From Pelomyxa schiedti (taxonomy: Eukaryota; Protista; Evosea), in the NCBI GenBank assembly GCA_020536535.1, contig JAHLWZ010000871.1, positions 1,089 through 65,088 of the forward strand: a DNA stretch of 64,000 bases, given 5' to 3'. The notes under the pieces were generated by a model. That model searched no databases and was not told the origin of the DNA. It saw only the letters and a list, made by a program, of their open reading frames with translations. The translations under genes were made by a program, and so were the position numbers. The stretch's first letter is position 1; the number at the start of each line of letters is the position of its first letter. Shown here in pieces: positions 39,407 to 52,000 of the stretch.

Positions 39407-41300
39407 TCAGTCTTCCTTGTCATCTTCCTTGTCATCAACATCTTCCATAGAGGCCACTTCTTTGTCAAACTGCCGTATGGAACTGAAGGGTAAAACCATA
39501 ATACACAGGGAAAGGAGCATTATGCCAAGTACCACGAAAATGGCACACAGACCACGCCCAGGTCCCATTCCTATCAGCCGCGGGAGCACACTTCCAGGCT
39601 TTAGGATACCACAAAAGATTGAGCCACCACTGCATTCGCCAGAGAAAGCAGGCTCAAACACATATTCAGCCAGAGGTCCGGCAGTTGCGTATGCGAGAGG
39701 AAGGGATGCAGTAGACAAACACATGCTGACAGACATAACTTTCCCTTGAATATCATTCTCGACTTTGGCCCTTAGAACTCGATTGACGCAAGCTCCTATG
39801 AGAGGATCAAGTAGGAAGTACAACTAGTATTTGGTTAAAATGAAATTGACTTAGAAATGATTTACAAAGCCAATAGAGCCAATTAATACTGGCCGTACGT
39901 CAAATACGGCACTTAGCATAGTGAAGCCTTGAAGAGCAAGGGCTAGAAGACACACCCACACTGCATGTCTGGGAGTTCCAAGTACAGCTACAGCAATGCC
40001 ACCAACTAGTACACCACTTCCAGCAAAGCTGCTAGTATAACCAAGAATATCAGTTGTAGTGACTGTCAAGAGCAGGGGTGGCATTAGCTCAGAAATGTAG
40101 CCTGAGAAAGATTACACAGGATAGCATTGGAATTCCTTCGTACCACAAACAAAGTTGTCAAATGCAAAAACGAATGTCATGACCAGGAGAGCGGGGTGCT
40201 GCCATAAGTATTTAAAGCCAAACATCATCTCCTGTATTGCACCACCACTCTTAGCTTCCTTTCCTGCTTTAGTCTCCTTAACTGGTGGGAAGGAAACAAG
40301 AAATAAAGGAAAAACACCAAATGACCAACTTATAATAGCACAACAATACAAATCACATATAAACAACATGGAAGAGAAACAATCTAAAGCCAAAGACGAA
40401 CCCATAACCATAGTAGAAAGAATTAGATGGATTTGGGAAAAAGTTGGGAGCTACTCACGTTAGAACATCGAGCCAGAGCATCCAATGCAATGGTACATCA
40501 AAGCTCATGAGAAATCCAGCAAGAGCAGGTGCGAGTAACTGCGTAACTCCACTTGCTATCTGTTCTATGCCCAAGGCACGATCGCGATATTGCTTTGGCA
40601 CAAGTTGGTCAAAAGATGCAGATGCAGCTGGTTACAATTAGTTCCCCTCGCTCCCTCTATTACTCTTACCAGGATATTGAAATTCTCCACATATCTATAG
40701 AAATTTAGAGGAGTGGAACTCAACCATCCTCCCAGGATACTTACGGCAGCCCACAGAGCTGCCACATAGATGTGGCGAAGTCGTAGATGTGAGAAAGTGG
40801 CTATGATGGCTATACTTAAGGAACTAAACATTGATAAGGTATCTGATGTTGCCATAATAACCCTGTTTGAGTGATTAGTTCAATTTCCTACAAAACAAAG
40901 TGAATGGAAAAACCGTCTATCAAATCGGTCTGCCACCACCTACAGGATTCGTTTTTGGAGGGAAAAAAAGGGACAAAATACCCCAGCGATCGGGCTAAGT
41001 ATTAGACCAGGGAGCACCATCAAAAGACTTGTCACTGGTAACAATCAAAAAAAATGTACCCAAACCAAAATGAAAAAACATACTAGAATAGAGTGTTATG
41101 GAGTTGGTCATCTGTAGGATTTTCACAGCCAGCACGAACTCGCACGTCATACTGCCGAACCAGGACACAAGCTGACCCGACGTAACAGCAATATACGGCC
41201 CGCACGTAGACACAAACAACTTAGATCTCCCAATCCACGTTGTGTCTGCTTCTGGCTTCTCCATTACCGTCTTCTCACGACACGCAGCCGCCGTTGACAT
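39407..41300 (-). CDS. MFS transporter, bacterial macrolide-efflux/MFS_3-like, multi-exon
   Basis: GQLVSWFGS, PIAG|VVADRFDR, QYRDRALG, EMMFGFKYLW, IQGKVMS...PLAYATAGPLAEYVFEP...GPGRGL; about 12 hydrophobic segments. Confidence 0.85.
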
Positions 41301-41585
41301 TCCCCTAAAAAGATCTTTCCGGAAATGATGAGTTGGAGCAGTGTAAAGAGCTTTGGAGTGTTTTGTAGGCTTGTGAGGGCACAATGGGGCCTGAGCATCC
41401 CATTATCGTGGACTTTTACCTTTTTCCAACTCTCCGTGGGTTGCGACTGAATTTAGGATGAAAGTTCAAGGCCAAGGGTGCCTTTTTTGCATTTTTTCTA
41501 GAAACACATCCTGATTCACGTCTTCTCGTAACACAAACCAGGAAAAACCCTCAATAAACGAAACAATCCAACAAAAAAAAAAAAA

Positions 41586-43797
41586 ATGCAAAGTGATGCA
41601 GTGACTACGTCGTCACCGTTGAAAGCCAGCAGTGCGGTGTCCCGCAAGATCAAAGACAAGGACAAGGAAAAAGACGATGGTGCACTGCAGGGTCCCGTGG
41701 TTGACATGTCGAACCAACAGCTCGGTGTCATTCCCCCTGCTACTTGGTTGCACACTTCTTGCACAAAATTGGACAGTTTGTACTTTTTTTTTTTTTTGAA
41801 CAAAAAAATTAAGAACCAAAAATCCTGTTTTGGTTGACTTTGGTACTAGTTTCTGGCAACGCTTTGAAAGTTCTGTCCTACGATATAAGAAACTTATCCA
41901 ACCTTGTTGAATTGAACTGTGAGTCTTATTGTTCCGTCTTCTCTTAAGTACTAAATATATTACAGGTTCACATAATAGCTTGACATCAATTCCTGTCGTT
42001 GTATGTCACCACTCAAAACTAACTCACCTGGACTGTATGCTGCTTATCTTCCCACATTCTCATCTCACGTATTGCAGGCAGCAGCAACTTGTTGACTGCA
42101 ATTCCATTTCTGATAAGAAATCTCAATTCTTTGACATCCCTTGATTGTATGGATAAACGCAATGTTTTTGCGGGCTTTAATTGTTGCAGTATCATGCAAT
42201 TGCATTACTACATTGCCGGATGAAATTGGATGTCTCTCCACTTTGAACACTCTTTCTTGTACTTGTCTGTGGGGTGTGGAAATGTCTAACTGCTTAAACA
42301 GTGGCTAAGAATAAGTTAACGATTATCCCCTCCGCTATTGGCAGCCTATCTCAGCTGAAACTTCTGAACTGTGGGAAATTTCCATTTTGTTTCTCTTTCT
42401 AATATGAATATAGTGAGCTGGAATAAGTTGACTGGGTTCCCACCCGACCTTTGCAAACTCAGCAACCTGCGGGATTTATTACGTGAGCCACTTCCGCTCC
42501 CTAATTTATCCTGACATAAAAAAGTTTCGGATAACCAGTTAAACTCAATTCCACGAGAATTGCACAATTTGACCCAAACAAAAGTTCACAGTATGCTCTT
42601 TCCCCGAGTTATTATGTTAAACAAGGAAATAATATGGGCACAGTCTCCCATGATTTCTCTGGTACCACACCCCCAGAAATTTTCGAATATCCAAGGTGGA
42701 TAACCTTAGGCCGTATGCACCTCTTGCCTTTGGTTTTTTTTTTACAAATGCACAAAGAGGGTGACAGTCAGTTTCAAACTCCACTGGGCGGAACATCAAC
42801 ACAGAAACTAGGCGGTCCCCCACTAATTGTGAGTTTATGACACATTGAATTCCAAATTCCCTAACCAAATCGCAAGAAACGGAATCCTAAGCAGCTGTCT
42901 CTCGTTCTCATCAAACCTGATGCCGTTGAGCGTGAGCTGATTGGGGAAATCCTTATGAGGCTTGAGCGAAAAGGCCTCACGATCCGTGCAATGAAAATGG
43001 TCTTCTGCACAGCAGAACAAGCACGAGAGCACTACGCCCAGCACACCGAGAGGCCGTTCTTCCCAAGCCTCCTCAAGTTCGTCACCAGCGCTCCACTCGT
43101 GGCGATGGTCCTGGAAGGCAACAACGCTATATCTATGATCCGCACCCTCGTTGGTGCCACGGACTGCTGTGCCGCAGCACCAGGAACAATACGAGGGGAC
43201 TTTGGATCATCAAAAGGAGCCAACCTCATTCACGCCTCCGACAGCCTGGAAGCGGCGCAACGGGAGATACCAATCTGGTTCCCTGAAGGAATTCTGGACT
43301 GGAGGCGTGCCGATCAGGACTGGCTGGAGACTGACCTGTTGCGTCGTTCTTCTGTCAACCTGGCATCATTCTTGGTGAGGCCCAAATCACCCACAGAGAC
43401 TGATCCGCCAGCTCCCCGGCCATCATCTTTGGCTGAAACCCCACCCATAATCACCGAAGAGGAAAAAGCAGAAGCCCCACCTGGAGAGGAAACAAAAGCT
43501 GAAGAGGAACCAAAGGAGTCTATTGTGGAGCAGAATCAGGAAGGTACAGATACCACAATCACAACCACACCTACACCTACACAACCAGAAAATGCGGCCA
43601 ACACACAGGATGAGGGAGAATCAAACTCAACATCATCAACAATAGACGCATCATCCCCCATAACAGAACAAGAAACACCACCAATCACCAGCTGTACAGT
43701 ATCCACAACACCTGACACAACACCAACAGAGGAAGACAATGGAGGGTGCCAATCACCACCCCCACAACCACTTGAAGTCACCACAACTGCATTTTAA
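41586..43797 (+). CDS. LRR - nucleoside diphosphate kinase fusion protein with an acidic Thr/Pro-rich tail
   Basis: Seven single-repeat LRR exons (e.g. 41850-41918, 69 nt) join through a linker to a last exon 42877-43797 encoding LVLIKPDAVER...HYAQHTERPFF...APGTIRGDFG...NLIHASDS (catalytic His). Confidence 0.8.
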
Positions 43798-44295
43798 TGC
43801 ACAATGTGAAAAAGAAAAACTTTTGGTGGGATTTTATGGGTGCATGTGGCAAAACGTGTAGGATGGGATAGGTTTTGGGATTTGCTCTTCAGCAGAAGAG
43901 CAGAGACTGACTTGCTATTCTTTTTCTTCCTCTGATGGTGTCTGTGAAGATGTTCCTGAAGAGATATCTGTGTGAGCAAGTCATTTCTGTTTGGTACTGG
44001 TTGGGGGATCCACCCCTTCATCCCTACGGGATCAATCCGAGATTGGAAGAAACCATGGTGGGCGCACCCTCTAGACTGAGGACCCATCCTGGCACAGACC
44101 GCCGACTACTACGCCAGGAACTGCTTCCTGGAGCCTTTGCAGCTGAGACAGTCTGTCTTTGCCACGGTAGGACATCCAGGTGATTGAGCTCACCATGTAT
44201 GAGAAAAGAACGCGGAGAAAGAGATCGTGTTCAGGAGACACAAAGAAAAACCAGATAGCAGATCAAAAATACAATAAAAAAAAAAAACGAAGGTG

Positions 44296-44405
44296 ATGGC
44301 AGGCGTGCCGCCGGAAGAAACAGCTCCTACCGCAACTCCCCAACAAGAACCACAGGGAGAGACCACACCGACTACTGCTGCGCAGGCAGCCCAATTCGTG
44401 ACGTA

Positions 44406-44436
<31 letters not shown>

Positions 44437-44982
44437 CTGCCTTTTAGTTGCGTGAACGTCGTCACATTTTTTAGGAGACAGGATGTGCTAGATATTTTTC
44501 ACCAAGTCGAGAAGGAAATCATCGATCTCCGTGGCGACTTTTCTCGCTTTGTCCAAGCTGACAGGGAGATAAGGCGCTCAGACGAGACGCAACGAAATAG
44601 AGATAGGCAGGACTGGGAAAGTGCCCTAGCTACTCTTGCTGCAGCCCAGCAGCAACGTGATACGCGCCTGGAGAACCTTTTATGCACCGTTTCGAATAGA
44701 TTGGATGCCATTGAAGCTGCTCAGAGGTCGCCCCCAGTGTGTATAGCCGCGCCGGTTCCGGTGTATGCGATACCTTCCAAAAACCACGAGCCTAACAAAA
44801 ACAACACAAAACAACCAAGTGCAGTGGCGTCTGGGACGCGATTAAGGCGAAAGCGCAAGATACTATTAGCAGTATGTGCAGTTCTAGGTGGCTTCAGCTT
44901 TTTTTGGATGATGGCAACAGACATTGCAAACTGGGTTAGCCCCCACGGCCACAACACCGTGCCCTGCTCTTCTACCTCCTGA
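44296..44982 (+). CDS. Coiled-coil protein with a C-terminal transmembrane helix (tail-anchored/type II), function unknown
   Basis: One T-rich intron near 44403-44474; heptad-rich middle; RRKRKILLAVCAVLGGFSFFWMMA near the C-terminus. Confidence 0.7.
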
Positions 44983-45530
44983 ACTTTCTGAGGGTTCCTA
45001 TTTTGTGAAAATTTGTCAAATTTTGTGGAAATTGTGCATAGTCACAAAGGAAGAATTTCCTCTTTGTGCTTACAACATCCTTTTATTGGTTGACGCGCTT
45101 GTTTGGTTGTTACAGATGGTGAAAGCCCAACGGGGGATGGTATTTCACTCAGAGAAAGGGGGAAGCTTCGAGTTTGTCCATGGCATCAGGAACACTTGGC
45201 TGGTCTGGTTCGCGAACACTTCATAATAAGGCAGGGTTGTTAAGGTAAAACACCTAGAACCGACTCTCGCTTGAAGCTGGCTCTCTAACTGTAAGACGAA
45301 CCCTTATGGGTGTCAAAAGCGAAGTCGGTAAAGCGAACAAAGATCGTTCTCTCTCATTTTCTATAACTTCTAATCCTTTAGGATAGTTCTAAACTGTGCG
45401 TGGAGATGTCACGGCGACTGCAGCTGATAGAACTAGTTCAAATATAGCCGATTTGATCCAGTTTGGGTGAGTCTGATTCAGGTCTGCTGGAGGTGGGTTC
45501 TGAAACATAACCTGTTGTTGTTCTTCACAG

Positions 45531-45650
45531 AGGAAGCAAATCGATATCGATGGGAGGGCCTGTTCTCTGGAAATTCTAGACACAGCCGGAACAGAGAACT
45601 TCACAGCAATGCGTGACCTGTACGTGAAGAACGGCCACGGCTTCGTACTA
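45531..45650 (+). pseudogene. Orphan exon of a Rap-subfamily small GTPase
   Basis: cag|[40 protein letters not shown]|gt; DTAGTE with Thr61 is characteristic of Rap. No canonical P-loop or NKxD exon was found nearby. Confidence 0.7.
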
Positions 45651-46010
45651 GTTTCGGCCACACTCTAAGGGCAGTTTTCCCAAGTCTTAAGCGACGAAAT
45701 AGTGGCCTATTTCTTCCATCGTTCAAATTTACGTCCTTACCTGCGATGAAGAGAAGTTAAGGGAGCAACGAGTAGAAGTGTTGGTTTGCCGGTGTCTGGA
45801 GAGGTATACCTCTCCTACCACAGTCAACTCAGAGCCGCTCTCCCATCAAAATCAATCAAACGATCTCCACCAAAACAACTTTTGATCTGTTAAGCGGCTG
45901 TGGTCTTCTCGGTGTAAACAAGCCGTGCACGAAATACCACAAAAACCGACACAACCAACAAAGGGAGCGAGCAGGTGCCGTTTGTTGGTGGTGAAATTTT
46001 GAGTCAGAAT

Positions 46011-49000
46011 ATGAAGGAATGCCCTCTTTTGCACGCCACAAGTGAAATCGTCACTGCTTGTGTCATAGGAGTTGATTTCTCTGGTGGGACCTTTCTTTTC
46101 ATTGTTTTCAAGTTTTTCCAGAAAAACCTACCATCAATAAAGGGAATCCAGTGGGAACTGAGGGAACTAAAAGTATAGCTGCATGCCTGAAAGAGAACAA
46201 GTCAATCCTATATCTTAAGCTCTCTGGTATTTGGGAATTGGGGTGAACAACAATTAACACGAACAAAAGAGAACTTCATCAACCCTGATGGAGCTCATTT
46301 TTTGGCACAATCTCTTGCTGTAAATAAAACTCTCAAATCACTGGACCTATCATGTATGGAAGGGAGTGGCTGGGGGAAAAAAAGTCAACATATTTCCCAC
46401 TAGGCAATCACCTACTGCCACAAGGCACAAGGGAAATCTCTGTTGCACTCGCGAGCAACACCAGTGTTAGCACAGTGTCACTTGCTAGTAAGTGGTGTAT
46501 CTATCTTTAGTGTCCCGTTAATAACACAAAGATAATGAAATTGGGAGCATGGGGGCAATGTGGATATCTGAGTGCATCAGAGGAAACTCCACAATAACTG
46601 ACCTGGATGTCTCTGGTATACTACTTATTCACACTGATGATTGCTTATGGTATGTTTTGAAAGGGAACCATTTTGGATCTCAGGGAGTCACTGATCTCTG
46701 TGAGGGTCTGAAAGTAAATTCATCTATAAGGAGGCTGAACTTAGCCAGTATATCCAAAACTTTCTCTGCAGCAATAACAGTCGTAAAGGAAATGAGATTG
46801 GAGTTGAAGGTGCTTCTCTAATTTCTGATTTACTTCAAAGAGCAGGACACATCCATGAAATTGATCTATCAGGTTCTCCCCTTTTTTTTTTTTTACTTTT
46901 TCCCTTTCTTTATCTATTAATTCCCACAAAGGAAACAACCTTGGTTCAGAAGGGATTTGCCACATATTCCAAGCCAGGAGTTTTTCTGCTGTCTCTTCCA
47001 TTGATATATCACGTATCGTAATTTAAAATCGTCCAACCCCTTGTGACAAAATACAGAGAATGATATTGGCACTGAAGGTGTAAGAGCTCTTTCATCTTAC
47101 TTGAAGGCTGGCTCCCTTGTAAACTCTCTCAATATGTCAGGTGTGGTAGTTTACTGATCAACTTCGACCAAGTGACAATATGCTAAGGGAATGAACTGAA
47201 TGTTGATAGTTTGGGATTGATAACAGAGTGTCTAAAAGAAGAGAGCTCGATAACTTCAATCAATCTAGCTAGTCAGTATTCCTTTTTGCCTGAAATCATA
47301 GTGTTTTAATAATCTCCCTAGAATGCAACATTTCAACTGGGTTTCCGCTCATAGCTGATGCTCTTAAAGTGAACACATCCCTCAGATCTTTGAATTTATC
47401 AGGTCTCTTTGTTCCATCCCTGTAACCTTTTGTACTGACGATTGTCTCAGCAAATAGAATTGGTGCTGAAGGAGCCCTTGTCCTTAGTGGTTGCCTCCAA
47501 TTTAACTCTACTTTGACTTCTCTTAACATTGCAGGTTTTTTTTCCGTTTTGCATTATTGAACCTAAATCTTCTCTTAACTCTAGAGTCACAGTTGGCTGC
47601 GAAAGGCACTTTATTCTTCTCACATTACCTTCGGAAAAATTCTTCATTGTTATATTTGGATCTAACAGGTATTTAAAAACAGTCTCTGCTTTGAATCAAC
47701 CCATTTTCCAACTCAAGATAACGGGATCGATGACGATGCTGCACCTTTTTTGGCAGACGCCTTGAAGGTGAACTCCACTTTGTCAAGCCTTGATCTTTCA
47801 GGTATGAATGAGTCCAGAATGAAATGACGACACTAACATTTGTAGGAAACATCCTTAAAATAGAAGGTGCAAGAACACTTTCTATTGCTCTTAAAGAAAA
47901 TCGAGGCGTGACCTATCTTTCCTTAAAAAGTGAGTAAAATAACCGATATTTGCCATTGCTAAGCTGAAACAACCAAGGGAATAAAATCGGGCCACTTGGT
48001 GCCCAGTGCATATCCGAGTGTTTGAAGGTCAATAACAGTTTGGAAACTCTTATTCTCGCAGGTTACCTGCCAAAAAAAAAATGAAGTTTGTTTACCTTTA
48101 CCCTAGGAAATAAAATAAACTCAGCTGGCACACTAAGTCTGTGTGAAGGATTGAGCCTGAACACATCCCTAACTTTTCTTGATTTAACTCGTATCATCAC
48201 CCAATAATTCAATAGCACCTAATAAGTCACAATATTCCAAAGGGAATGGGATTGGGGATGAAGGTCTTGTTGCCTTTAGCACTTACGTCAAATCCACCAA
48301 GTCCCTGGTTTCATTCAATTTATCTGGAAATGGCTTAAATTACAAAGCTATTCATGAAATTAGCAGTGCACTACAGTGTAATCAGTCAATAGTATCCACC
48401 ACCTTCTCAGGTAACCAGAAACCATTTGCCGTGATGAGAAAGCTTACTTACTCTAACAGAAACACATTTTCCAAGAGAGGCAATAATTTTTATGATTAAC
48501 ACTCTGCACATGAACAAGCTTCTTTCCAAGATAGATTTGTCATGTTGTTCCACCAATGGTTATTTGACTAACCCTGTTCTGACCAGGGAATGAATTTGGA
48601 AGTGAGGAAACTGGGACCATTTTCTCTGCCCTTTCTCAATCCCCAGGGATCCCAATTGCTTTAACTACTTTCACCAACAAGTTTGACACACTGGGGAATA
48701 TTGTACATTCCCTTGAGGAGTCCAAGTTCGTTACACTGGCACCTGGAGTATGTCACCTTTTCATTACCATTGCATGTCAATATCTGCGTGTATCTTCGAA
48801 GAACAATTCTACAGCAGCAGCTCATTTCCTCTGTGAAGGTATCTTAATGGCTGTTGAGGCGCGACACCTCGACTTGGCCTTCCATACCTTTCGACATTGC
48901 TTTATTGGACAAATTGAAAACGGTGAACCTATCTCATCATCGGTGGCGGCAATGTTAGAACCAATCATATTAGAGGCATCTCAGTTTCCAGAGAACCAAC

Positions 49001-52000
49001 CAGACGTCATTCTATCTATTCTTTTCAACACTTTAGATTTGAGTGTGAAAAGGATAAAAGGGACATTCTTTCAACAACTCATTGTCACTCTATCCAAGGC
49101 GAGCTTGTTTATTGCAGTGCAAGCCTTGTTGAGGTGTTTACTGCGCATAAACCACCATGACATTCCTGAACTACTGTGCCTCGTCGCCATGAAAAATATA
49201 TTCACAGGACGGAATTTAGACCTTTCAAGATTACAAGTTGGATCCTAATACTAGTAAACATTTAAAAGAAAAAAAAAAACAAAAAAACAAACGCCGGAAA
49301 CAATACATATGAAAACCCTTCAGTGTTTCCCTTGTAACATTTCTCTAGCTTTCCAGGATACCAGAGGAACTGTGCCAACTAGAGTGTTCTTGTCTTGATC
49401 TTCGGTTCAACTTTCTTGAGGAACTGCCACAGGCACTCAGCAACATCAATGATGTTCTTCTGGAGGGCAACCCACTGACCAAAATACTGGATACAATACA
49501 ACACCTTCCCTGGAGTGAATTTCGCCTCTATGTCAAGTACAATGAACTCCCCATTCACTGGAAATATAGGAAAGTCCTCGTTGTTGGAGAACCTGAGGCA
49601 GGAAAAACGACTCTCTTGGAATGTTTGGAATCCAAAAAATCCACTGTGGATGTCAGCAAGTCTAGAATGGCCACAGATGGTGTGGCAATGCACAGGCCGT
49701 TTTCTTTACGCAAAAAGTCACAGCTGAAGTGGACTGCCTGGGATTTGGGTGGTCAAGATGTTTTGCATTCCTCTCATCAGTTTTTCCTGTGTAAGACATA
49801 CTTTTTCCCTCCTTTATCCTGACTGGTCACTTTTTATGCAGGCAGCAATTCCATTTTTATGATTGTTTTTGACATTGCCAAGGCTGGTCGTGATGATGCC
49901 ACTTTCAGTGTTTCTTATCAAACCATCAAATACTGGATATCCACTATTATGGTGTTGAAGCCATCGCAAGAACCACCCACCATCATCCTTATTGGCACGC
50001 ACTATGACCTTTGCTTGCATGTAGAAGCAGTAGTGCAGGCTCTTTTATCGCAATTCAACAGGCAAACATTCCACAGCATCTTTGTGGTGAGTTTAAAAAC
50101 TGGGAAGGGACTCTTTTACAAGAACAGAGAGTGGCACCTTAGTCGCAAAAAGACTGTATCGGACTTGATTGCAGAGTTAGAGGTTGTAGGCACAAGCAAC
50201 TCCTTTGGGAGTGTACCTCTAAGCTGGGCAAAACTGGCTGACTCACTGGAGGAAGCTAGAGTGAGAACTAAGATCATGCAGCAACGTGAATACCTGGAGA
50301 TGTCATCAAGCTCCGGAGTATCTCCTGAACACTTACCACTATGCACTCGCTTCCTTTGTGACTCTGGAGTTATTCTATTCTTTGGTGAAGTGAACACACT
50401 GAAAGAAAAGGCAATTCACTTTGCCTCATTGCCTTCCACTACACCAACAGAGACAAGCAGAGTAGACTTGCACGAACTGTTTGTACTGGACCCCTCTTGG
50501 CTATCTACTGTATTACAGACCTTGATCACGATTTCCAATAGGGACAAATTTGTAAGAGAAGGCATGCTGAATGCGAGTGATATACCCCACGTACTTGCAG
50601 GTTTTGCCAGGGAAATGCATGCTGCCATCTTAGAGTTACTTCAGCGCTTTGAGATTGCCCATGTTCTGGAGGACAATCGTATTCTTGTTCCCTGTTTACT
50701 TCCTTTAGCACCACAACCAATGGCTTTCGCATTGCAACCCGGAAAACCAGCATTAGAACATGGTAGAAGATACCAGTTCGCCTTCCTACCTGTAGGGTTT
50801 TTCTCTCGTCTCATGGCTCGCATGCTAAGTATTCCTTCTGTAAATATAGTGTCAATTTCCAAATTCCGTCTGGTGATCTCACAGCAAACGAAAGATGGGA
50901 TAATTCAAGAAGCCTTTGCAACCTATGAAGAAAAAGCCTCCCGCTTGGACTTTCGCGTCAAGATCTTTGAGGGGGTTGATCACTCTCACCCTCTTTTAGC
51001 CAACAATTTGTTGCTTCTCATTTTGCTTGACATAGTAGCAGCTCTCCTTAAAACTTTTTACCACAGGCAGATGGGAGACCAGCAAGTTACTCAGTTTGTT
51101 CCATGTGTTCATTGTCTCATGACAAGTCCTCAAACACCAGAGAATGAAGTATACTACTTTCCTCTTGACGACTGCATACTATCGATGAAATCCGGTACCC
51201 ATGTTATGTACTGTCGGCAGCTTGCATTGCCAAGTAAATGTATTCGTGTGTTGCATCTTGCCCCAGACATCGCCATGGTGGGTCTCACATCAATTCCTGC
51301 CAATGAAATTTCTTTTGGTCATACAAAAAGTCACAGTGATTCCCCTCACACAGAGTCTTCACCCAGTATCTCTGAACATGATAATGTTGGAGTAGGAGTT
51401 TCTGGCAGTGTCCGGATGGGAATCCTGAACAATATTCCTGTTGCAGTGAAGGAGCCACATAGTTATAACTCGAGTAGTTTGGGTGAATTTCTGTACGAAG
51501 CTCACATTATGACAACAATACCCCCACACCCAAATATTGTGCGGTTCTTTGGAGTCTGCAGTGTTCCTCCATGTATTCTTCTCATTATGGAGTTCATATT
51601 CCCTGCAACCCTTTCTCCCTCAATGTGGGGCCATTTTGATGGGAACCTCAAATCATCCGATCTTGATCACTTCTTACAAGCAGTGTGGGGTAGTCAGAAA
51701 CGCAATACAGATACTGATGTTGTATCTCTCCTTCTGCCCTGTGAACTGCGGCAACGAATTCTTTATGATGTGGCTGCAGGAATGAATCACCTCCATTCTC
51801 TTGTGCCACCGCTTCTCCACCGCGATTTGCATGCCGGAAATATTATGATATGTTCTCTGGACTGGAAAGCGCCCTCTCCTGTTGCTAAGGTAAACTATGA
51901 ATCCTTTGTTGCCTTCTCTAAAGTGTTGTATTCAGGTGACCGATTTTGGTCTATCAGAACGATTGTTTGTTGCCAAAACAGCCGGGATGCAGGAACGGCT

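Noticed and set aside
46143-48543. Regular ~130-bp periodicity resembling a CRISPR-like array
   Set aside because: No conserved DNA repeat; the periodicity is LRR exon plus intron.
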